Both the position numbers and the translations under genes were made by a program. From an uncultured Bacilli bacterium (GTDB taxonomy: Bacteria > Bacillota_I > Bacilli_A > RF39 > UBA660), in NCBI GenBank assembly GCA_947626855.1, contig CANQTT010000003.1, positions 1-54,110 on the forward strand: DNA of 54,110 nucleotides, in the 5' to 3' direction. Of the stretch, positions 1 to 6,767 are shown one piece after another. Within the stretch, counting starts at the first letter, position 1. Each line of letters begins with the position of its first letter. The notes under the pieces were generated by a model that was not told where the DNA came from, searched no databases, and worked only from the letters and a program-made list of their open reading frames with translations.

Positions 1-87
1 AAATTTAGAAATCTCGTGTCTTTTTGTTGTGCATATAATATCACAAAATTTTATTCTTGACAAATCTTAGAATGTCACTTTTTATCT

Positions 88-121
88 AAAGAAAAAGTCT
101 ATTACTGCGATTGTAATAGAC
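88..121 (-). terminator. Rho-independent terminator / candidate attenuator hairpin
   Basis: Minus strand GTCTATTAC-AATCGCA-GTAATAGAC (9-bp perfect stem) followed by TTTTTCTTT. Confidence 0.8.
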
Positions 122-165
122 CTGCATATTTAGATATAATATTTTGATAAGCAATGCTAAAACAA

Positions 166-231
166 TCAATATAACAAAATTGATTTTAATGTTGTCGTAT
201 AAGTTGTCGTTGTCATTTGATTGTTTAACAT
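166..231 (-). CDS. Thr-rich leader peptide, 21 aa (MLNNQMTTTTYTTTLKSILLY)
   Basis: Translated by hand (below the ORF-track cut-off). AAGGAG RBS upstream, consensus promoter at 260-288, 7 Thr in 8 consecutive codons, terminator 45 nt downstream. Confidence 0.65.
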   Translation of the reverse strand: MLNNQMTTTTYTTTLKSILLY

Positions 232-259
232 ATAATATCTCTCCTTCAAAAGCAATTTA

Positions 260-288
260 ATTATATCGAATTTACATTTATTTGTCAA
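260..288 (-). promoter_or_regulatory. sigma-A promoter for the leader peptide
   Basis: TTGACA-17 bp-TATAAT, perfect consensus on the minus strand. Confidence 0.8.
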
Positions 289-347
289 TTTTTCATTTCA
301 TTTTGTGTGGTATAGTATAAAATTTGATTTAAAGCATTACTTTACAT

Positions 348-1088
348 TTACTCAATAATTACATTAAATCTTGCTTTAGCTACACATTTATTATTCTTTA
401 TTAGATAACATTCCACATAATGATTACCTATAAAAGATATATTTTCGTATCTTTTAAAACTTCTAGGATTATCTAAAAATGATTCTAAAGTGTTACCATA
501 ATATATTTCCCCACGTAAACTATTATTTTCAATAGCATAATTACCATTATTTTTTACTTTCCAAAGTAAAGTATATGGCATAGAAATATTTGTATCAATA
601 GAAAAACATAATTTTTCATCTCTATTTTGTGTTAAACTAAATTTTTGATTATCATAACAATTAACATAAGTTGAATTTTTAAAATTGTCTTTAGAAATGT
701 ATCTTTGACATTTTATTTCAAATTTCACAGGTGATAATCTTTCACTAGCATAAATATTTTCAATAAACATTTCATTATCTTCACATCTGTTTTTTTGTTG
801 AGAATCAGAAGTGAAATAATCTGTTTTAAAAAATTTATTCCATTTTCTTTTTATTGCTTCTTCATCGTTATTAATATATGCTTCATCTATATCATGAATA
901 TGTTCGTCTAGTTTTTCTTTCAGATTTTCTAACCTTTTCCTATTTTTATCATCATTTATTAATTCTTGATTATTAGTTGGATTTTTTACAGAACCATTAT
1001 AACTAATTCGGTTAGATATATATTTGATTATTTCTAATAATATATTATCAATATCATTTTCTAAATTTACATTTTCTAACGCTCCATG
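348..1088 (-). pseudogene. 5'-truncated CD-NTase (CBASS nucleotidyltransferase) retaining the C-lobe and AGS-C domain
   Basis: ORF 348-770 has AGS-C-like motifs (LLWKVKNNG...LRGEI...F.GNHYVECYLIKN..CVA). The frame stays open without an ATG up to 1088 (..VKNPTNNQELI..KRKWNKFFKTDYF..), resembling a CD-NTase C-lobe. The catalytic N-lobe is absent. Confidence 0.7.
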
Positions 1089-1140
1089 TTAAATTTATTT
1101 GAACCATTACGGTTCGTTTTTTTATTGCTGAAAAGTTGTC
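1080..1140 (+). repeat. Cassette-boundary repeat copy A (cgctcca + GAAC..GTTC hairpin + T tract)
   Basis: Colinear imperfect match to 2650-2710. It coincides with the CD-NTase breakpoint. Confidence 0.55.
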
Positions 1141-1200
1141 AAAAGATTGCCGAATAAATTGATAAAATAATTTTTTATAATTTGATTTTAAAAAAATATA

Positions 1201-1244
1201 ATGAACGAAAAGTGACCGAAAGGTGACCGAAAAGTGACCGAAAA
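1201..1244 (+). repeat. 4 x 11-bp tandem direct repeat (GTGACCGAAAA), probable operator array
   Basis: atgaacgaaaa gtgaccgaaag gtgaccgaaaa gtgaccgaaaa, ending 2 bp before a -35 box. Confidence 0.8.
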
Positions 1245-1246
1245 TA

Positions 1247-1275
1247 TTGATAAAATTATTATAATTGTTTATACT
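1247..1275 (+). promoter_or_regulatory. sigma-A-like promoter of the AlbA-ATPase gene
   Basis: TTGATA-17 bp-TATACT upstream of ATG 1293. Confidence 0.65.
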
Positions 1276-1292
1276 AATATTGGTGATAATTT

Positions 1293-2585
1293 ATGTATGT
1301 AGAATCCGAAACATTAGAATTAAAACAAGAACTTACTAAAAATATTAAAAAAGAAATTGTTGCATTTGCTAATTCAAAAGGTGGAACAATATATATTGGT
1401 ATTACGGATACTGGGGAAATATTAGGATTAAAAGATATTAAAAGTGATATTGAATCATTAAGTGGAATGATAAGAGAAGGCATAATTGGTAATTTAACAA
1501 CATATACCGATATAGAAATCAAAGAAATTGATAAAAAAGATGTCATTGAATTACATATTACTTCAGCACCAGAAAAACCATATTATTTAGCTGACAAAGG
1601 ATTAAAATCAAGTGGTGTATACATAAGACATGGTTCTTCTACTATTCAAGCAACAGATGAAATAATTAGAAAAATGTTAATAGAATCTTCTAAAAAAAGT
1701 TTTGAAGAAGAAATATCAAATGTACAAGAATTAACATTTTATTATGCCAATGAAATATTTAAAAAAAGAAATATTGAGTTTTCAAATGAAAAATTTAAAA
1801 GTTTAAAAATGATAACAGATAATAAATTTAATAATTTAGCACTTTTACTTTCTGATCAAAATCCGTACACAGTGAAATGTGCTATATTTGATGGTACAAA
1901 TAAAACATTATTTAAAGATAGAAAAGAATTATCAGGATCATACTTAAAAATTGTAGAAGATGCCTTTTATTATATGAACTTATCTAACCATATAAGTTCA
2001 ACATTTAATGGCTTGCAAAGAATTGATAAAAAAGATTATCCAGATTTTTCAATTAGAGAGGCATTATTAAATGCTATAATTCATAGAGATTACTATTTTA
2101 ATGGTAGTATATTATTATCAATATTTGATGATAGAATTGAAATTAATTCAACTGGAGGACTAATTAGTACTTTATCCTTAAATGATGTATACAATGGTGT
2201 ATCTGAATCAAGAAATCCTAATTTTGCTGAAATATTTCATAGATTAAATTATGTTGAAAATTATGGCACTGGTATTGGGAGGATAATAAATGAATATCAA
2301 GACTCTAAACTAAAACCAATTATTGAATTATCAGAAAATGTTTTTAAGATAACATTACCAAATTTAAACTATACTGAAAGTAATAAAAATGAATTTAATA
2401 ATATGACTCAAGAAGAAATCATTACAAAATATGTTAAAGAAAAATCAAAAATAACTAGATTGGAAGTTGAAAAACTATTAGATATAGGAAATACAAGATC
2501 AAAACAAATTATTAATAAATTATTAGATGACCATATTTTAGTAAAAAAAGGTACTGGAAAAAATACATATTATGTATTAAAATAA
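1293..2585 (+). CDS. AlbA_2/Schlafen-like domain + HATPase_c_4 + C-terminal wHTH protein (often annotated RecG-like ATP-binding protein)
   Basis: ESETLELK, IVAFANSKGGTIYIG, REALLNAIIHRDY, RNP..AEIF..L.YVE.YGTG, C-terminal GTGKNTYY. Confidence 0.88.
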   Translation: MYVESETLELKQELTKNIKKEIVAFANSKGGTIYIGITDTGEILGLKDIKSDIESLSGMIREGIIGNLTTYTDIEIKEIDKKDVIELHITSAPEKPYYLADKGLKSSGVYIRHGSSTIQATDEIIRKMLIESSKKSFEEEISNVQELTFYYANEIFKKRNIEFSNEKFKSLKMITDNKFNNLALLLSDQNPYTVKCAIFDGTNKTLFKDRKELSGSYLKIVEDAFYYMNLSNHISSTFNGLQRIDKKDYPDFSIREALLNAIIHRDYYFNGSILLSIFDDRIEINSTGGLISTLSLNDVYNGVSESRNPNFAEIFHRLNYVENYGTGIGRIINEYQDSKLKPIIELSENVFKITLPNLNYTESNKNEFNNMTQEEIITKYVKEKSKITRLEVEKLLDIGNTRSKQIINKLLDDHILVKKGTGKNTYYVLK

Positions 2586-2649
2586 AATTGATTGATTTAC
2601 TATAACATCAAATCGTTATTGAGTGAAAGTTGAAGATATCTTCAACAAT

Positions 2650-2710
2650 CGCTCCAGATTGTATTTTAGTCGAACTTTTTAGTTCGATTTTTTAATGCAA
2701 AAATGTTATG
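2650..2710 (+). repeat. Cassette-boundary repeat copy B
   Basis: cgctcca...cgaactttttagttcg-atttttt-aatgc. It is preceded by the perfect 18-bp palindrome gttgaagatatcttcaac (2629-2646). Confidence 0.55.
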
Positions 2711-2739
2711 TGGTCGAAAAGTGGTCGAATGCATTGATA
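2710..2739 (+). repeat. 2 x 11-bp repeat (GTGGTCGAAAA) followed by TTGATA; orphan operator/promoter
   Basis: Same period and same 2-bp spacing to TTGATA as 1201-1252, but no intact gene follows. Confidence 0.6.
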
Positions 2740-2770
2740 ATTTCTTTATTTTCTATATTATTAAAAAAAG

Positions 2771-2880
2771 TTACTGTTTTAAATTTTGAATATCTTCTCT
2801 TTATTAATGAATGACTAGTACATTGATAACAATCCTTCATCATTATCTTTGATAGTATAAAATACAAGTAATTCGCCAAT
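2771..2880 (-). pseudogene. Possible decayed RelE/ParE-like toxin fragment
   Basis: Short pieces across frames (LLVFYTIKDNDE / RIVINVLVIH / REDIQNLKQ*) resemble a RelE/ParE C-terminus. Weak evidence. Confidence 0.25.
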
Positions 2881-2944
2881 AATTTGAAATATTTTTGAAT
2901 GAAAAATTATACCCTTCTACCATGAAAATTGTTTTTAGTCTTTC

Positions 2945-2970
2945 AAAAGAAAAAGACCATTCTAGGTCTT
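2945..2970 (-). terminator. Terminator directly after the RT gene
   Basis: AAGACC-TAGAAT-GGTCTT followed by TTTCTTTT on the minus strand. Confidence 0.7.
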
Positions 2971-3929
2971 TAGGGTATACATTGTCTTTTTAAATCTTCA
3001 ATAAATCGCTTATATTTTATAAATTCTTTATCATGATCGTTAATCTGCAAAACGTATAAAATTTTTCCATACAAGCTATTTAAATATCTTTTCGAATCCA
3101 TATTAATGTCGCATTTTTTTAAATGAGAACTTAAGCCAAACTTTTGAATATAATATATCTCTTGTCTTATCTTCCTGCGATATTTTATAGGAACTTGTAT
3201 TTTTTCATTAACTACCATTCCTGTAACATTTTGACTAGAACTCTTATGTACAATATGAATTTTATCATGATTTAATTCTAGTCCTAATTTGTATAACATT
3301 TTTCTAACTTTAGCAATTAATTCACTAGGGTTAAATTTACCAGAAAAAGTCATATCATCTGAATATCTGGTATAGGATATATTCATGGAATCACACCAAT
3401 TTCCTAAATCTTCATCAAACTCTTTCATTACTAAATTAGATATATAGGCAGAAGTCGGTGATCCTTGCGTTAAGTGATTATCATAAGTACATAAATAAGT
3501 TAATATCATTCCAACTGGTTTTGGAAAATATTCAATTGGAAAACAAGCATTATAAATATCTAAAAACGATATATTTTCAAAGAAATCTTTAATATCTAGT
3601 TTCAAAATTATTTCTTTATGAACATGAGGGGTTGCGTTGTCTTTCAGCTGAATTCCTTTATGATATGCTTTCGCATACTTTGATATAGACTTATTATTAA
3701 GGATATTCACTAGAATTTGTCTTTGAATTTGCTTTAAAATGGAATTTGGCTCATAGATTGTTCTATAGTTACCATTCCGTTTTTTAATTTTATATATTTT
3801 ATAGTTTTTTTCTATATTATTACTAATGGAATAAATCGTTTTGATATATTTTTTCTCATCCTTACAATGAATGAAATGGAGAGATAGTAAAAATTCATTA
3901 CATTCTCTTGTACCTATGTATTTCCACAA
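2970..3929 (-). CDS. Retron-type reverse transcriptase
   Basis: KRNG..RTIYEP, retron region-X motif NATPH (NAxxH), LDIKDFF, QGSPTS..ISN, catalytic YTRYSDD, region-Y VTG. TTG start with GGGAGG RBS. Confidence 0.93.
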   Translation of the reverse strand: MWKYIGTRECNEFLLSLHFIHCKDEKKYIKTIYSISNNIEKNYKIYKIKKRNGNYRTIYEPNSILKQIQRQILVNILNNKSISKYAKAYHKGIQLKDNATPHVHKEIILKLDIKDFFENISFLDIYNACFPIEYFPKPVGMILTYLCTYDNHLTQGSPTSAYISNLVMKEFDEDLGNWCDSMNISYTRYSDDMTFSGKFNPSELIAKVRKMLYKLGLELNHDKIHIVHKSSSQNVTGMVVNEKIQVPIKYRRKIRQEIYYIQKFGLSSHLKKCDINMDSKRYLNSLYGKILYVLQINDHDKEFIKYKRFIEDLKRQCIP

Positions 3930-3947
3930 TTTTACTACCTCCCATAG

Positions 3948-4117
3948 ATGCAGTACTAACGATATTGTAATATGGAAATGGACTTAAAGCGGAGTGTAAC
4001 GAAGCGGCTACACAACGTGTAGGTTAGTCCTTTGGAGTATTACGATTTCATCGTCATAGTTTATTTAGTCCCTTAACGACTCGTTAAAGTAGGAAATCAT
4101 TCCAATCACTACTGCAA
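3948..4117 (-). ncRNA. Retron msr-msd non-coding RNA
   Basis: Terminal inverted repeats TGCAGTA(GTGAT)/(GTTAG)TACTGCA at 4105-4116 and 3949-3960. Short msr-like hairpins at 4073-4087 and 4042-4054. Long imperfect msd stem (3967-3972/4038-4043, 3980-3984/4026-4030, 4008-4013/4017-4022). Lies directly upstream of the RT. Confidence 0.8.
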
Positions 4118-4121
4118 AATT

Positions 4122-4130
4122 ATTATATCA
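4122..4130 (-). promoter_or_regulatory. Extended -10 promoter of the retron
   Basis: TGaTATAAT, 5 nt before the 5' inverted repeat. Confidence 0.65.
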
Positions 4131-4199
4131 CATTCCCCTGCTTTTCATATCCTAAAACATTATATCCAAACTTTAATAGAAAAATTTTTCTACAAATTT

Positions 4200-5369
4200 C
4201 TATACGATTTTAGCAGAATTCTCCAGCCCTTTTTCTTGAGTAAGAACCGTCCTAATAAAATCTTTTACACACTCATTTGTATAAATATAACTTCCGTTAT
4301 GCCTACGAGTAACACTATTATGGGTACCAGGAAATCTTCGAAAAGTTGCATGGATACCTAAAGCAGTATAGATAGCCTCATTATGGGCAAATCGAGTTTG
4401 AGGGTTTTCTCCTAACAAGGAATGAATTTGTTCGATTTCTTCTTGCGTATAATTTTCTGGATATCTAGGTTGAAGACGACCAAACTCATCTAAAACAGGA
4501 ATAATTCTTCCCCTTTCATCAGTGATGGGGATTCGACGTCCTTCTTCGTCTTTTAAAAATCTCCCCTCGGAATCTTTTTGAAAATTACATTTATACATCG
4601 CTGGATCATTATAATCTTCTGTCCCTATATAGTATAATTGTGGAATTTGACAAAATGCCTCTCTATCAAAACTTGAAAGATCGGCAACACCTAAAGGAAA
4701 ATTTAATACTTGACCGTGATATTCTGAAATTGGTAAAATTCCTAATCCACTATTGCCTCCACATATACATGCTTTTATGAGTTCGGGATGTAAGGCTGTA
4801 AAGGTATTAGCGAATTTAGAGCCAGCGGAATACCCTTCAGCAATTACTTTTTCATCCACCGTAATACCGATACTAAAAAGAAAACGTTTAGCCGATTGAA
4901 TCATATTAGCAACTTGCAAAGGAAGATCTCTACACTGTTCTTGTACCATCTGAATCTCCTGTTCGGATAATTTTTCATCATCTGCTCGTCTTTCCTGATC
5001 AGCTATTAAATAGGAAACATCATTATGGAAAACTCTACTTCCCAATCCTTGCGTGTAATATCCTTGTATTCTAGGTATAATCGGTATTAAGACCGGCATA
5101 TGTAAGTCATTTCCAAACCACATGCCCGGATTAGGTCTTTCATAAGTACTTCTTTTAGCGATTTCATTTGCTTCCTCCAAATGAACTGGTACCTCACTAC
5201 CTGTGTTACAGCTATGCATAATAAGGGTAGTATGATTCTCACAGTCCTTAGGAACGAACACAGAATAACCGCAGGAATATCCTTCTTCAGGATTAGGCGG
5301 AAGTAAATAAGTCATCCCTTCTATAACGATATCTCTCATGGTAAATTTTACCGGTTTTTGTTCCATCAT
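4200..5369 (-). CDS. Alpha/beta-fold hydrolase (esterase-like)
   Basis: Nucleophile elbow GYSAG, candidate Asp in YIGTED, His in FPGTH. Confidence 0.7.
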   Translation of the reverse strand: MMEQKPVKFTMRDIVIEGMTYLLPPNPEEGYSCGYSVFVPKDCENHTTLIMHSCNTGSEVPVHLEEANEIAKRSTYERPNPGMWFGNDLHMPVLIPIIPRIQGYYTQGLGSRVFHNDVSYLIADQERRADDEKLSEQEIQMVQEQCRDLPLQVANMIQSAKRFLFSIGITVDEKVIAEGYSAGSKFANTFTALHPELIKACICGGNSGLGILPISEYHGQVLNFPLGVADLSSFDREAFCQIPQLYYIGTEDYNDPAMYKCNFQKDSEGRFLKDEEGRRIPITDERGRIIPVLDEFGRLQPRYPENYTQEEIEQIHSLLGENPQTRFAHNEAIYTALGIHATFRRFPGTHNSVTRRHNGSYIYTNECVKDFIRTVLTQEKGLENSAKIV

Positions 5370-5420
5370 TCTTCCAACTCCTTACTTATAATTTCAAAAG
5401 ATATTGCCTGCCATCTAATA

Positions 5421-6698
5421 TTATTTATGAATTTGATGAGCAAGAGGATTTGTTTTTAAAAACTTAACTTCTAAGCCTTGTTTGGCAGCAATTTCGTGGA
5501 TTTCTTGAATTTGTTCTGGAGTGGCAGAAGCTGTATAAAAGCAATAAAGTGGAGACACTTTTGGATGTCGATTATCAATAACAATTTCAGCAAACCACTT
5601 CTTTTTTAATACTTGTTCCTCAATGTATTGAGGAGGAAATAATTTAGAGTGATGGGGATACTCATAAAATAGATGGGTATCATCTATTTGCCAACCTTCT
5701 GGTAATCCTCTTTCAATAAACTCTTCTTTCGTAACATACCAACTTCCAACATCCGTCTCACATACAGAAAGTAAGCTATCTATATCCATAGGATAAGCAT
5801 AACCCGTACTAGCTTCCTGATCATTGGTAGTGGATTTATAAGCCGTAATAATATTGGCATTATCAGAATAAAAGCAAGCACATATTTTCACCATTTCATC
5901 AGATTCTACGACTCCACCTGTCAGTTGATGAACAAAAACACCATGATTAACCCAAGCATAAGATTGCCAGATTTTACGAGAGATATCCATGAGCTGATTT
6001 TCATGTTCTAATACTTTTACATAATTACTTCTTAAAAGATCATATTGTTCCTTGGTTACTTTTAATCGATAAGTGATATTATTCCAAGTTTCATAAACCT
6101 CTTCGGTATCTTCAACGCCCATTGTATCCAACATAGAATGAAATAAAAGTTCCGTATTCGCAATTACTATACCAGCTAGGTCTCTATCCTCTGGAGCTGC
6201 ATTGTCCTTTAGCATATACATCGCTCCTAAAATAGCTTTTGTCCGTAAAATTAAATACTTGGGATCGCCATAGTAATTCTGGAGTTTCGAACTTTTCAGT
6301 TTCTCTTTCCATTCCTCGACATGAGATTCTAAAAAAAGAATCATTTCTGCTTCTGACATTTTTAAATCAAAACAATAATATTTTAAGAAATCTTCTGGTC
6401 CAGGAAGACCTTGTAATTTTGGATAAACAGAATAACTTCCATCTTCATTTTTTGTAACTCTTTGAAATTCACAAGCAGAAGTTAATAAAGAAGACAATTC
6501 CGGTGAAAACAAAGAAGAAAAAACAGCCAGTGTCTCATCACTGATAGGATTGTGTAACCCTTTACGAAGAAGGTACCGAAATAAAGATTGATATTGTTGA
6601 TGAAGTGGAGAGTCTTTCCTATCCATTTTTAAAAGATAATTCCAACAATCTCTATTACGATAAACCTTATTTTTTTCTTTTTCCATTTTTACCACCAC
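5421..6698 (-). CDS. Hypothetical protein; C-terminal half possibly ADP-ribosyltransferase-like
   Basis: 425-aa ORF with no confident family. Motif order VFVH..ICACF..GYAY..D..PP..FAEIVI. Confidence 0.6.
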   Translation of the reverse strand: MVVKMEKEKNKVYRNRDCWNYLLKMDRKDSPLHQQYQSLFRYLLRKGLHNPISDETLAVFSSLFSPELSSLLTSACEFQRVTKNEDGSYSVYPKLQGLPGPEDFLKYYCFDLKMSEAEMILFLESHVEEWKEKLKSSKLQNYYGDPKYLILRTKAILGAMYMLKDNAAPEDRDLAGIVIANTELLFHSMLDTMGVEDTEEVYETWNNITYRLKVTKEQYDLLRSNYVKVLEHENQLMDISRKIWQSYAWVNHGVFVHQLTGGVVESDEMVKICACFYSDNANIITAYKSTTNDQEASTGYAYPMDIDSLLSVCETDVGSWYVTKEEFIERGLPEGWQIDDTHLFYEYPHHSKLFPPQYIEEQVLKKKWFAEIVIDNRHPKVSPLYCFYTASATPEQIQEIHEIAAKQGLEVKFLKTNPLAHQIHK

Positions 6699-6767
6699 TT
6701 ACTATACAATAGTATATAGAATTTCACTCCGTTTTACTACCTATTCATTTATTTTTTGCAAAAATTC

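Noticed and set aside
1103..1118. GAAC..GTTC motifs here and at 2672-2685 as LexA boxes
   Set aside because: Spacing is 6-7 nt instead of 4, and both are followed by T tracts, so they fit hairpins better.
1201..1244. Repeats read as a coding 'VTEK' tract or a CRISPR array
   Set aside because: The period is 11 bp (not a multiple of 3), there are no spacers, and no cas genes are present.
2629..2656. Intact tRNA ending in cgctcca
   Set aside because: No cloverleaf can be folded. At most it is a 3'-end/att remnant.
2970..3929. RT as group II intron, DGR or CRISPR-associated RT
   Set aside because: No maturase or intron domain V, no TR/VR pair and no cas1 seen. The NAxxH and VTG motifs plus the upstream inverted-repeat RNA indicate a retron.
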